Source: Candidatus Egaibacter danicus
GTDB lineage: Bacteria; Pseudomonadota; Gammaproteobacteria; Burkholderiales; Burkholderiaceae_C
Direction of reading: 5' to 3'
DNA: 64,000 bases
Assembly: GCA_016707075.1 (NCBI GenBank)
Contig: JADJII010000002.1
Location: forward strand, 261,082-325,081
The stretch's first letter is position 1, and every line of letters begins with the position of its first letter. Below, in pieces: positions 1-10,137 of this stretch. The notes under the pieces are model-generated. The model had not been told where the DNA came from. It made no database searches and saw nothing but the letters and a program-made list of their open reading frames with translations. Both the position numbers and the translations under genes were made by a program.

Positions 1-462
1 GAGCTTACCTGGATCAATGATTTGTTTGGCACACCTGAGCCACTTGCCTGCATCAGGTCCAAACTGTCGGACATGCCAGCTGATATTGATGACATTTATC
101 ACTGTTTGCTGAAATATACCAGCGGCTCATTGCTCAATATGACTGTCGAAGTCATTTCCCGTCCGTCTGCGACTCGCGAGATGCGAATTCTGGGCAGCGA
201 GGGACAGATAGTTTTCAGCGCTGACACGAACAGTGTGCGCTACATCAATACTTCCATGAATGACTGGACGGAGTACAAGTTACAGGTGGGAACGGTTGAG
301 AGCCAATACATTAATCCGGAAGAGCCCTATATCGCGGAAATGAAGGATTTCATCGCAGCAGTAGAGATGAAGGATTCCTCCTTGTTCCCCAACTCGCTTT
401 TGGACGATTGCGCGATACTTGATACTCTGTGCGCACTTGAAGATTTGAGCAAAACCATATGA
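1..462 (+). CDS. Gfo/Idh/MocA-like sugar oxidoreductase, C-terminal part (5' end lies upstream of the window)
   Basis: Frame-1 ORF is open to the window edge. The sequence looks like a C-terminal domain (..EVISRPSATREMRILGSEGQIVF..YIAEMKDFIAAV..). Its stop overlaps the next start (ATGA at 459-462). Confidence 0.5.
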   Translation, partial: ELTWINDLFGTPEPLACIRSKLSDMPADIDDIYHCLLKYTSGSLLNMTVEVISRPSATREMRILGSEGQIVFSADTNSVRYINTSMNDWTEYKLQVGTVESQYINPEEPYIAEMKDFIAAVEMKDSSLFPNSLLDDCAILDTLCALEDLSKTI

Positions 463-1814
463 ACTATCAAGAACGACTCAACCGGGCTATTCCGGGTGGT
501 GCTCATACTTACTCTCGCGGTGCGGACCAATACCCTTCCAATGCACCACAAATTCTGGATCGTGGTCTGGGCGCTTATGTGTGGGCCCCTGATGGAACTC
601 GTTATTTGGACTATGGAATGGCGCTGCGGGCAGTGACTCTTGGCTACGCCGATCCTCGCGTCAATGCGGCTGCATTTCGAGAAATTGAAAAAGGCAACAA
701 TCTAACGCGTGCTTCGGAAACAGAATTGCTCGCCGCTGAGTTACTCATTGATTTGATACCAAGCGCAGAAATGGTCAAATTTGCCAAGAACGGATCCAAT
801 GTAACAACCGCGGCGGTAAAGATTGCACGTGCCTTCACCGGTCGTCGTTATGTGTGCATACCTCGACAGCAACCATTCTTTTCCTTTGACGATTGGTTCA
901 TAGGCACGACGTCCATACAACGTGGCATTCCTACAGATCATGCAGCAACTACCCTTGTGTTTGATTACAACGACTTGCCATCACTCCAAGCGTTGTTTGA
1001 TGCGTACCCTGATGAAATCGCCGCGGTCATGCTGGAGCCGGCTACGACTCTAGTTCCCTGTGATGCGGGATGCACCGCCGAGCTGAGCCATGACACTAAT
1101 TGCGCAAGCTGCCCGAACCATGACAAGAATTTTCTACAACGAGTCCAGAAGCTGTGCCGTCAGAACGGCTCTTTGTTCATTCTTGATGAAATGATTACGG
1201 GCTTCAGATGGAACCTTGCGGGTGCGCAGAACTATTTTGGCGTGCAACCAGACTTGTCAACCTTTGGCAAGGGTATGGCCAATGGATTTTCTGTGGCCGC
1301 TGTCACGGGGCGCCGCGAGGTAATGGAGGTCGGCAGTATTGACAAACCAGGAGCGGAACGGACCTTTTTGCTGTCTACCACCCATGGTGGGGAGATGTGT
1401 GGTTTGGGGGCCTTTATAGAAACGGTCTCCATTTATCGTGAGAAAGACGTCTGCCAACACATGTGGAAATACGGGCAGCGTCTGAAAGATGGCCTGACTG
1501 AGGTGGCTCGTGAGTGTGGGGTTGATAAGCACTTTGTCATGGACGGACCTGCTATCAGCCTGAACTATCTGACCAAAGATGCAACGGGCGCAATGTCCAC
1601 AAAGTTCAGAACTTTATTTTCGCAAGAAATGATCCGGTGCGGAGTCCTGATGCCCTGGATTGCTGTGAGTTATTCGCATGGAGACAATGAGTTGGATCAG
1701 ACGCTTACGGCCGCACGTAAGGCGCTGACGGTTTATGCACAGGCGCTGACGGATGGGGTCGAGAAATACCTCATTGGTCCGGAAATCCGTCCGGTATTTA
1801 GAAAATTCAATTGA
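459..1814 (+). CDS. Class III PLP aminotransferase (glutamate-1-semialdehyde aminomutase-like) in a sugar-modification context
   Basis: 451-aa ORF with IPGGAHTYSRG near the N-terminus, plus DEMITGFR and FGKGMANGF (PLP-lysine region), typical of HemL-like class III enzymes. Confidence 0.8.
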   Translation: MNYQERLNRAIPGGAHTYSRGADQYPSNAPQILDRGLGAYVWAPDGTRYLDYGMALRAVTLGYADPRVNAAAFREIEKGNNLTRASETELLAAELLIDLIPSAEMVKFAKNGSNVTTAAVKIARAFTGRRYVCIPRQQPFFSFDDWFIGTTSIQRGIPTDHAATTLVFDYNDLPSLQALFDAYPDEIAAVMLEPATTLVPCDAGCTAELSHDTNCASCPNHDKNFLQRVQKLCRQNGSLFILDEMITGFRWNLAGAQNYFGVQPDLSTFGKGMANGFSVAAVTGRREVMEVGSIDKPGAERTFLLSTTHGGEMCGLGAFIETVSIYREKDVCQHMWKYGQRLKDGLTEVARECGVDKHFVMDGPAISLNYLTKDATGAMSTKFRTLFSQEMIRCGVLMPWIAVSYSHGDNELDQTLTAARKALTVYAQALTDGVEKYLIGPEIRPVFRKFN

Positions 1815-1835
1815 GGCCAGGCAACAAGTGTCAAC

Positions 1836-2639
1836 ATGACTACGATCACTAAACTAATGGATCTCAAAGGGCGGACGGCGTTGATTACTGGTGCGGCCGG
1901 TGGGTTAGGTCGCATAGTCGCGGAGACGCTAGCCGAGCTGGGGGCAGATTTGATATTGGTCGATCGCCCGGGATCAAATCTTCAGCAGTGTACAGAGCAG
2001 CTTGGGCTGCGTTGGGGGGTGCATGTTCGGGATATCTTCTGTGATCTCGAGCAGTCCAACCAGCGACAGCAGTTGATTGAGCAAGTCAAGGCCATGAAGT
2101 CGGGCCTGAATATCTTAGTCAACAATGCTGCCTTCGTTGGCACTTCAGAACTTAAGGGTTGGTCTGTACCCTTTGAACAGCAGAGCGTGGATACATGGCG
2201 TAGAGCGGTCGAGGTGAACCTGACAGCAGTGTTTGAATTGACCCAAGGGTTCTCCTCTGATCTGAGCGTTGCAAGGGGAGGGTGCATCATCAATATCGCT
2301 TCCATCTATGGCGAATTCGGACCTGACTGGCGGCTTTATGAAGGAACCCAGATGGGCAATCCAGCTGCTTATGGTGCTTCCAAAGGAGGGCTAATTCAGT
2401 TCACACGCTGGCTGTCTACGACGTTGGCCCCCGCAGTGCGCGCAAATTGTATTTCTCCGGGTGGGATCAGTCGTGGACAAAGTGAGGCATTTGTCGCGCG
2501 CTATGTAGAGCGTACGCCTCTTGGGCGTATGGCGACAGAAGAGGATTTCCGCGGCGCAGTTGCATATCTGGCAAGCGATCTTTCAAGCTACGTAACTGGA
2601 CATAACCTGTCTGTGGACGGGGGCTGGGGAATTTGGTGA
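1836..2639 (+). CDS. Short-chain dehydrogenase/reductase (SDR)
   Basis: TGAAGGLG Rossmann motif, NNAA, and Y-x3-K (AAYGASKGG). Confidence 0.85.
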   Translation: MTTITKLMDLKGRTALITGAAGGLGRIVAETLAELGADLILVDRPGSNLQQCTEQLGLRWGVHVRDIFCDLEQSNQRQQLIEQVKAMKSGLNILVNNAAFVGTSELKGWSVPFEQQSVDTWRRAVEVNLTAVFELTQGFSSDLSVARGGCIINIASIYGEFGPDWRLYEGTQMGNPAAYGASKGGLIQFTRWLSTTLAPAVRANCISPGGISRGQSEAFVARYVERTPLGRMATEEDFRGAVAYLASDLSSYVTGHNLSVDGGWGIW

Positions 2640-2841
2640 TTGTCACCCCACACTTTATTAGTGAATCATAAGGTGGCTAGACGGAATTGGGAACCTTACT
2701 TAGTTGATCCAGCATTGAACTCGTGGACGGGTAAATTTCTTAAATAAGCTGCGTGTGGTTGTGGTGAGCTTCCAGCACCACTTTTTGAAGATTATTCAGA
2801 TAGTGCCGCAAACAAAGCTTCCCCTACAAGTGAGAATACTT

Positions 2842-3608
2842 ATGAATAATGACGAGCCGCAAGAAATTCGCCGACAACGCATCGATGAATGGGAAAATCT
2901 AGACGAAAATGGGTATAGGTATCACAAATCGCAATGGGACACGCCAAAGCAAAGCACTATTGCATTTGAAAATTTCGTCTCTAAGAACATATCAAAATCG
3001 ACTCAAATAATTGATATGGGTGCTGGCGCTGGCGCGTCTACAGCTTATCTCGCGAGTAAACATAGATCTGTTCACTTTACCTGTTTTGATTACTCAAATG
3101 AATTGACTGCACTAGGCAGAAAAATTGCTCAAGATAAGAGAATCACAAATCTAACCTTTAACCAAGGTGACTGGTTCAATTTAAATCAAACAAACCAATT
3201 TGACGGTTGTATAAGTCTCCAAACCTTGAGCTGGCTACCCGACTATGAAGCTGCACTCCTTGAGATATTCAAGAAAATCAATCCAACGTGGATTGGTCTA
3301 ACAAGTCTCTTCTACGAAGGGACATTACTTGCCGCATCGAAGTTGAGGAGCATGAAAAACAAAAAAGCTTTTACAACGTCTATTCTCTACCAGCTATCAG
3401 CAGACTTTGCGAAAGAGAAGGATACGTTTTGGTAAAAAGCTCACCTTTTGTAATTGATATCGACTTAGCTAAACCAAAAAATTTGAATGTGATGGGGACA
3501 TACACGAGGGAAGTCGTGACGAACAATGCCGACACGGTTGAGCGAATTCAAATAAGCGGCCCACTGCTAATGAACTGGTATATGCTTTTGATTGAAAAGA
3601 TTAGTTGA
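2842..3608 (+). pseudogene. Class I SAM-dependent methyltransferase with the reading frame broken once near 3319-3321
   Basis: The N-terminal part (frame of ORF 2755..3435, ATG at 2842) carries motif I DMGAGAGAS. The C-terminal part continues in ORF 3288..3608 (..FYNVYSLPAISRLCEREGYVLV..). One extra G in the GGG run at 3319-3321 would join ..LFYEG to DITCRIEVEE... Confidence 0.6.
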
Positions 3609-3651
3609 GTGCGATAAATTACTAAACGCGTGAATACTCAAAAGTGACGCT

Positions 3652-4659
3652 ATGCGGCAATTCTTAAAATCAATTCTTACCACTCTTTCATCTCACTCGT
3701 TGTTGCGGCGGCTGGTGCCCTTCCTCGCTGACTGGCATGCGGGGTTCGTGCTCGGTGATTCGACAAAACAGGCAGTTGTAGCGTCCTCATATCTCAGACT
3801 CAAGCGTGCTTTTTCTTTTTGGCGCTGGGCTCCACCTAAGTACACAGGAGGAGCCGTACTCAACTTATTGGGAATACAGATAGTTCGGTATATCATTTAC
3901 AACTTGCGATATTTGGTTCGACCAAATCGGGGCGTGCTCGGTGCTGACTGCGGGCGGACCGGCATCGTTCAAGTGGCAAATCTTTTCAATTCGTCCATTG
4001 TTGATGAGGTGAGAGAATTCTACTTATCCAACCTGGCGGACGCTCAACGCCATTTTAATGACTTCTCAGAGTTGGTAATATGCAATACCAATGGGCCGGT
4101 GAAATCTGATGTTGCTTACAAGGCCGTTGTCGACCGGTTGTTGATTCAGTGCGGGCTTTCGGCCAAAGGGCGTGAACTTACTGGGGTAGATCTTCGTATA
4201 TATCCGTTTATCGCGATTCTCCACTACAAATCGTTTGTAGATTGCTCAAGCCAGAGCGATGGCCAGAATACGCCACATACCGACGTTTTTTACCCCTCTT
4301 TCAAGCTATTTGTCTATCTAAACGAGGTAGATGAACAGAATGGCGCCTTTCACTATCTTCTGGGTAGTCACAAATTTTCGCTTCGCAATGCGATAAATGC
4401 CTACAAAAATTCCCTTCAATATTATTTCCAAGGCGGCAAGCGCCAGCTTTATCCAGTGGATGCTTCTGCTGGCATGCAAGGCGGGGGTCTTCGATGGTTC
4501 CCTGTCTGCGGTCATCCGGGGGATGGAGTTTTTTTCAATGTGCAAGGTGTGCATAAGCGGGGCGATTTCCTGAAAGACCAATACCGCGAACGCCTAGTGC
4601 TTCTGGTGGATTTCCGGCAGGCGGAGGTTCCCATCCAGGAGCTTGCAGCCAATGTGTAG
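3652..4659 (+). CDS. Fe(II)/2-oxoglutarate dioxygenase-like protein (PhyH-like)
   Basis: PHTDVFYPSFKLFVYLNEVDEQNGAFHYLLGSHKF contains an H-x-D facial triad followed by a ..NG..GSH.. signature, with a distal His in GVHKRGD. Lies in the AT-rich segment. Confidence 0.5.
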   Translation: MRQFLKSILTTLSSHSLLRRLVPFLADWHAGFVLGDSTKQAVVASSYLRLKRAFSFWRWAPPKYTGGAVLNLLGIQIVRYIIYNLRYLVRPNRGVLGADCGRTGIVQVANLFNSSIVDEVREFYLSNLADAQRHFNDFSELVICNTNGPVKSDVAYKAVVDRLLIQCGLSAKGRELTGVDLRIYPFIAILHYKSFVDCSSQSDGQNTPHTDVFYPSFKLFVYLNEVDEQNGAFHYLLGSHKFSLRNAINAYKNSLQYYFQGGKRQLYPVDASAGMQGGGLRWFPVCGHPGDGVFFNVQGVHKRGDFLKDQYRERLVLLVDFRQAEVPIQELAANV

Positions 4660-5177
4660 TTCTTAGAGCTCGTGGAGAACGTCTATCGTGCGATATGCAT
4701 TGGTTTCTGTTGTCAATTGATTCGCATTACTTCTGGTCGTCCTGTTGATTGCTCGTGGCAAGGTTGCAAGCCGAAAAAAAGGGCGCGCCGCTATGTGAAC
4801 AATTCCCTCCGCTTTTCCCTTCGATCAGGACGGTTTTATGCTGTTTTACAAACGCCTGGCTCAATACTCAAGCTTGAGTGCGCGTGCATAGGTCCTACCC
4901 ATTTACATCTGCATAGGTGATATGAAGGTTCCAGAATATAGGCTTGTGGGTCGCGATGGTATTATTGGCATTACGGTGTCCTATGTGTTTGTAAGCTAGC
5001 GATATGCGAATTACACGTGGATGTTTTTGGCGGTGCTGCTTCGATATCCAGGATATTCCCGAAGGCCAGATCTCTCGAGGGAGGGGGCTTGCATCGGAAC
5101 ACCATTGTGAGTCATCACGACGGTGGTCAGTTATTGCGTCCTTGTCCATTTATAGAATTTGATCGACCCCTGCCTAA

Positions 5178-6807
5178 ATGAAATCCGTTCTCGTTCCGAT
5201 TTTCCGGGAAATGGCTTTTTTGCTTGGGCTGTGGCGGCCACGGGTTGAGCTTTTGCTCGATGAAGCGGTGAATCGGTTTGTTGCGATCAACTCCAAATTC
5301 TGGAATCCGATTGGCCAAGGTGCCCATAGCATTTTGGTTGAAGGGCACCTGTCCGAGTATGGTCCTAACTACCTCTTTAGAACCGCGCTGGCTGCAAAAT
5401 CCGTCCAATGCACGCTTGGCGGAGCGGAGGTGGACGTTGTTGTGAATGGATTCTCGTACCATTGGCAGCAAGCACGTAAGGGATACGGTTCATTTGGAAT
5501 CACGAAGTGGGTATTCCTTGACAGAAAATTCTTGCTGCTGAGTCCTTTGATATGGATACTTGCATTGTCGGGTAGTTGCTGGCGGTTCATCAAGTTGCGC
5601 TCGCCGGAGCAGATTCTTGAGCTTCATCTAGATGGAATCAAAGTCGCAGACCTCATCTATGACGAGGTCATGAGGACTACGAAGCAGCCGACGATTTCTG
5701 TCCTCATTTCAGCCGTGCTGAAAGTCATGGTCCGTTGTTGGCGCTACTACATTCAGTATCATTTGCTGTTAAGTCTGAAAACGTATAGCTATTACATTGC
5801 GACCCATACCGTTTATCCCGAATACGGGCTTCTGTGCAGGGTTGCATTGCAGCGGAAGGTAACTGTGATTGAGACTACCGAAATTCAGATGTCTGTATTT
5901 CGCTCCATTGGGCAAGAAAATCTGCCCACTTATCATCAAGGAGTTAAATTAGCGATTCGCGCCGAGTTAGCTCTAAACGAGGTGTCAGATGTCGAACGGG
6001 AGGAGAGGGCGCGGGCGAGCTTGCTTCGCCGCTTTAACTCCGAATTGGATCAAACCGATACGATCAAAGCTTATTCTGGGAAAGTCTATACGCGATCTGA
6101 TTTGACTACAGCGCTTAGTATCCGCTCCGACGCCAAAATCGGCTTTGTGGTCGCTCATGTTTTCGTGGATTCTCCCCATCTAAGTCCCTCAATGTTACAT
6201 GCGGACTACTATCGCTGGCTGGAGACAACGATTGATTGTTGTGCCAAGGCACACGAGATGGTCTGGGTGGTAAAGCCACATCCATCTAGCGCACTCTATG
6301 GGGAGGGTGGGTATGGTGGATGAGTTGGTGCAAAAAACGCGCCGCCAACGTCCGTATCTGTCCGCCAGACTTGAATACCAGATCTCTTGCCAATTGTGCC
6401 GATCTTATACTTACTGTGAATGGCACAGTGGGGCTTGAGTATGCCTGCGTTGGTGTGCCCGGTAGTCCTAGCGGGCACCTTTTTATTCCGGCTTTGGCTT
6501 CACTCATGAGCCGCAGACAGCCAATGAGTACTCTCAAATTGTCATGCATGCGGCATCATTGCCGCGATTGTCGCAGAGACAAGTAAGTGCCGCACTTCGT
6601 GTCTTCGACGCTTGGGAACGTCAGTTCGATTGGAGCAACAATATTATTACCTCGGAGTTGCTCTGCCGTGTGGGGAGTGGTGTGAAACGTGATCTTCCGC
6701 GGGCATATGATTTATTGACTGACAAACTTGCTACAGCGAACCCCCGCAGTCTAAAGCTCTGGAGCTTTGCTGGCGCGGCGGTAAGCGAAGATGCAGCGCG
6801 GGCATAA
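5178..6807 (+). pseudogene. Capsule-polysaccharide biosynthesis (KpsC/KpsS/LpsZ-type, Capsule_synth-like) gene, multiply frameshifted
   Basis: Three consecutive ORFs (5178..6323, 6320..6586, 6544..6807) lie in frames 0, 2 and 1. The conserved motif is split across frames: ..ADLILTVNGTVGLEYACVGVP | VVLAGT | FYSGFGFTHEP... At least four +1 shifts are needed: about 6310, the A6 run at 6332-6337, 6461, and the T5 run at 6480-6484. Confidence 0.55.
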
Positions 6808-7729
6808 TTCCTCGAGCGCATCTCTGGCGACACGGATTTGGCGTCGCATGCGACGCGAGGTGGTTGGCTCGCTGGAGCGAGTTTATCTGTACCTGTTTGT
6901 ATTGCCCAGACTTTGGCGCAAGGGCATGCTTTCGCTGCCGTTCAAAACCCTCCGTGGTTGTGGCGCATTTGTTCTGGTGTCTCAGGACGCGGCGATAAAG
7001 GTTGCTCTGACTACCCGGTCAACGCTGCGTTTGGAGTATGAAAATTTCTATCGGCTGAGCCAGTGCGGCTCGGATGTGGCCGCCCTGATGCCGGCCTACA
7101 GCTTTGTGCATGGTTGGCAGTTGGTTGCGTTGCAGTGCGAGCGGCTGACTCCGGTGCCTTTAGAACAGGTGCTGCCACTCGCGGTGCTTGCCCGTCGGAC
7201 GCTCGATGCTGCTGTCTGCGCCGGTGGGCGGCTCATGCCAGAGCAGTGCCCCCAGTTGCTTGCTGGGTTGTGCCAAGTCGAGGCAGCGTTTGGCCCAGCT
7301 ACTGCGGCAAATATGCGGAAGGTGGCGTGGAGTTTTCTTGCTGATGGCGCCTACCATACGGGACTCGCTCATGGCGATTTTCACTCCCGCAATGTAATGC
7401 TCGACCGGGTTGGGAGTTGTAAGCTAATCGACTTGGACTGCGTGCGGTTTAACGGGGTAACTGAATTTGATGCTCTGTACTTCGCGCTGGAGTTGGAGTG
7501 GTCCGCATCGGGTATCCTGTGGACGGAAACCCTCGCTCGTTGCTTCGGACCCAGGGGGCAGGCCATTCTCAACTCACTGGGGGCATTCGGGGTGTCTTGG
7601 ACCGATGGCTTGGGTTGCGCCTTTTTCCTGGACCGCATAGGTCAGGACGATGTTAATTTTGGTTTGCGCTATACGCCAGCGCAGATGGAGCCGGTGGTCC
7701 AAGCCATGTGGCCACCAGCTTCGACCTGA
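6791..7729 (+). CDS. Protein-kinase-fold phosphotransferase (APH/choline-kinase/LPS-kinase-like)
   Basis: AIKV lysine, catalytic loop GLAHGDFHSRNVML, and metal-binding KLIDLD. The start is uncertain; several in-frame Met codons follow 6791. Confidence 0.6.
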   Translation: MQRGHNSSSASLATRIWRRMRREVVGSLERVYLYLFVLPRLWRKGMLSLPFKTLRGCGAFVLVSQDAAIKVALTTRSTLRLEYENFYRLSQCGSDVAALMPAYSFVHGWQLVALQCERLTPVPLEQVLPLAVLARRTLDAAVCAGGRLMPEQCPQLLAGLCQVEAAFGPATAANMRKVAWSFLADGAYHTGLAHGDFHSRNVMLDRVGSCKLIDLDCVRFNGVTEFDALYFALELEWSASGILWTETLARCFGPRGQAILNSLGAFGVSWTDGLGCAFFLDRIGQDDVNFGLRYTPAQMEPVVQAMWPPAST

Positions 7730-7773
7730 GCGAGCGGGGCATTTCACCGGATAATGAGAAAAGCGAGATAGCG

Positions 7774-8247
7774 ATGGGAGTTGCAGATATGGCCAATGGA
7801 AACGGTGGTGGGCACGTGGAGTCGGTCATCGACGGCGGGCGATTGCTCGCGGTTATCGTCCGCGCTTCATTCCAATGTGACGGCATTGAGTTCTTTACCC
7901 CCAATGATTTCTCCCAGCAGCTGGGCTATATGAATCGACCCGAGGGATATGTCATCGCGCCTCACGTGCACAATCCGGTGATCCGTGAAGTCAGTTTTAC
8001 AAAAGAAGTGCTGTTCATTCGCAGTGGTCGGGTCCGCGTTGATTTCTACGACGACGCACAAACCTATCTTGAAAGCCGTGTGCTTCATGGCGGCGATGTC
8101 ATTCTGTTGGCGTTCGGTGGCCATGGCTTCGAAATGCTTGAGCGCAGCGAAATCATCGAGGTCAAGCAAGGTCCGTATGCAGGTGAGGCGGATAAGACGC
8201 GGTTTTCCCCAGTGGAACAGAGTTATTTGAAAGTGTTTGGTAAATGA
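7774..8247 (+). CDS. Cupin-fold sugar-nucleotide modifying protein (WxcM/FdtA/WbuC-like)
   Basis: The beta-rich sequence with ..YVIAPHVHNP..EVLFIRSGRVRVDFYD..GGDVILL..GGHGFEML.. is typical of small cupins encoded next to DegT aminotransferases. Its stop overlaps the next start (ATGA at 8244-8247). Start chosen at the Met at 7774. Confidence 0.55.
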   Translation: MGVADMANGNGGGHVESVIDGGRLLAVIVRASFQCDGIEFFTPNDFSQQLGYMNRPEGYVIAPHVHNPVIREVSFTKEVLFIRSGRVRVDFYDDAQTYLESRVLHGGDVILLAFGGHGFEMLERSEIIEVKQGPYAGEADKTRFSPVEQSYLKVFGK

Positions 8248-9371
8248 GCAGTTCCTTGCAACTTGTTCCAGTTAATGAACCGTTGCTGAATGGCAATGAA
8301 GAAAAATATTTGTCCGAATGCATTCGGACTGGATGGATTTCGTCAGAGGGGCCGTTCGTCAAGCGATTCGAGGAGGAGATGGCGTCTCGGGTTGGCCGTC
8401 GGTATGGTATTGCTGTTTCTAATGGAACGGCTGCACTGGACGCGGCGGTTGATGCCTTGGGGATTGGGAGTGGTGACGAAGTCATCGTGCCAACTTTCAC
8501 GATCATTTCATGCATCGCCCAAATCGTGCGCGCAGGAGCCAAGCCAGTTCTAGTTGATAGTGACCCCAGCACCTGGAACATGGACGTCAGTCAGATCGAG
8601 TCCAAGATCACAGCAAGAACCAAGGCGATCATGATTGTTCACATCTATGGCTTGCCTGTGGATGTGGATCCAGTATTGGAACTGGCGCGGCGCTACGGGC
8701 TCAAGGTGATTGAAGATGCAGCTGAAATGCATGGGCAGACCTATAAAAAGCGGCCCTGTGGCAGTTTTGGCGACATCAGCATCTTCAGCTTCTACCCCAA
8801 CAAGCACGTCACGACTGGCGAGGGGGGCATGCTGGTTACTGATGATCCTGTACTCGCAGAAGTGTCGCAAGGTTTGCGTAATCTGTGTTTCCAGCCTGCC
8901 AAGCGTTTTGTGCATGAACGGCTGGGCTGGAATTTGAGGATGACCAACCTTCAGGCGGCGATCGGGGTGGCCCAGTTGGAGCGCCTGGATGAGTTTGTTA
9001 TTCGAAAACGGCGCATGGGGAAACGATACACCGAACTACTGTCGGGGCTGCCTGGTGTGCAATTGCCCTTGGAATGTACGGACGCGGCGGAGAATATTTA
9101 TTGGGTATACGGATTGGTGCTGGATGAATCCAAAGGTATCGACGCTGAGAGAGTGATGAAACTTCTGGCTGCAAAGGGAATAGGCTGCCGGCCATTCTTC
9201 TGTCCTATGCACCAGCAACCGGTCTTGCGTTCCATGGGCCTGTTCGAAGGTGAGTCATATCCTGTCGCCGACCACCTTTACAAGCAAGGGTTTTACATCC
9301 CCAGTGGAATGGCCCTGTCAGAAAAGCAGATGACTGTTGTGGCCGAGGCCGTATGGGAAGTGCTCGGATGA
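8244..9371 (+). CDS. DegT/DnrJ/EryC1/StrS-family PLP sugar aminotransferase (perosamine-synthase-like)
   Basis: 375 aa. N-terminus ..NEPLLNGNEEKYLSECIRTGWISSEGPFVKRFEEEMA.., plus ..FSFYPNKHVTTGEGGM.. containing the PLP-lysine. Confidence 0.9.
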   Translation: MSSSLQLVPVNEPLLNGNEEKYLSECIRTGWISSEGPFVKRFEEEMASRVGRRYGIAVSNGTAALDAAVDALGIGSGDEVIVPTFTIISCIAQIVRAGAKPVLVDSDPSTWNMDVSQIESKITARTKAIMIVHIYGLPVDVDPVLELARRYGLKVIEDAAEMHGQTYKKRPCGSFGDISIFSFYPNKHVTTGEGGMLVTDDPVLAEVSQGLRNLCFQPAKRFVHERLGWNLRMTNLQAAIGVAQLERLDEFVIRKRRMGKRYTELLSGLPGVQLPLECTDAAENIYWVYGLVLDESKGIDAERVMKLLAAKGIGCRPFFCPMHQQPVLRSMGLFEGESYPVADHLYKQGFYIPSGMALSEKQMTVVAEAVWEVLG

Positions 9372-10137
9372 CCGCTGTCTTTGACTCCTATGCTGCCTAT
9401 TACGACCTGCTGTACAGGGACAAGAATTACAGCGCAGAGGCGAATTTTGTCGATGAATTGCTGGCAAAACATGGGGTGCCAGATCGAGGCACTCTGCTCG
9501 AACTGGGCTGCGGTACAGGAAAGCACGCGGCTGAGTTGGCCAGAAGGGATATGGCATACATGGGCTGGATGTGAGCGTATCTATGGTGCAGGCAGCGAAT
9601 GACCAGAAACCGTCGGAGTTCGCGCAGCTACTGCAGTTCGAATTGGGAGATGTGCGTACAGCTCGAATAGGCCGGCAATTCGATGCGGTTATCTCATTGT
9701 TCCACGTAGCGAGTTATCAAGTCACCAATGCCGACCTGACAGCCATGTTCCAGACGGCAGCAATGCATTTGAAGGCTGGCGGTGTGTTTTTATTCGACTG
9801 CTGGTATGGCCCCGGAGTGCTTACCGATCTGCCTGTCACAAGAGTGAAGCGCATGAGTGGTGCTACAGCGAATGTGCTCAGAATTGCAGAGCCTGTCATG
9901 CACCCCAATGAAAACATTGTGGATGTGAATTACACGGTGCAGGTCCAGCAGCGTGGCGAGGATCACGTCAGTGAGATTTACGAAACGCATCGCATGCGCT
10001 ATCTATTCACCCCAGAGCTGGAGTGGATTCTGGGACGCGCAGGATTGCAGATGGTTGAGAGTGTGGATTGGCTGACAGGTACACCAATTGGATTGAAAAG
10101 CTGGACTGCAACTTTTGTGGCAGTCAAACTGGCGTGA
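9368..10137 (+). pseudogene. Class I SAM-dependent methyltransferase, frameshifted near 9544-9548
   Basis: ATG 9368 overlaps the DegT stop. Motif I LELGCGTGKHAAELA runs in frame 2 to a stop at 9572-9574. The rest (GYGIHGLDVSVSMVQAA..ISLFHV..GGVFLFD) is in frame 1 (ORF 9571..10137). A single missing A or G in agaaggga restores one 255-aa protein. Confidence 0.7.

Noticed and set aside
4672-5149. ORFs 4672..4920 (+) and 4895..5149 (-) in the AT-rich gap
   Set aside because: Both are Cys/Arg/His-rich with odd composition, have no recognisable motifs and overlap each other. I treated the interval as non-coding or a relic.
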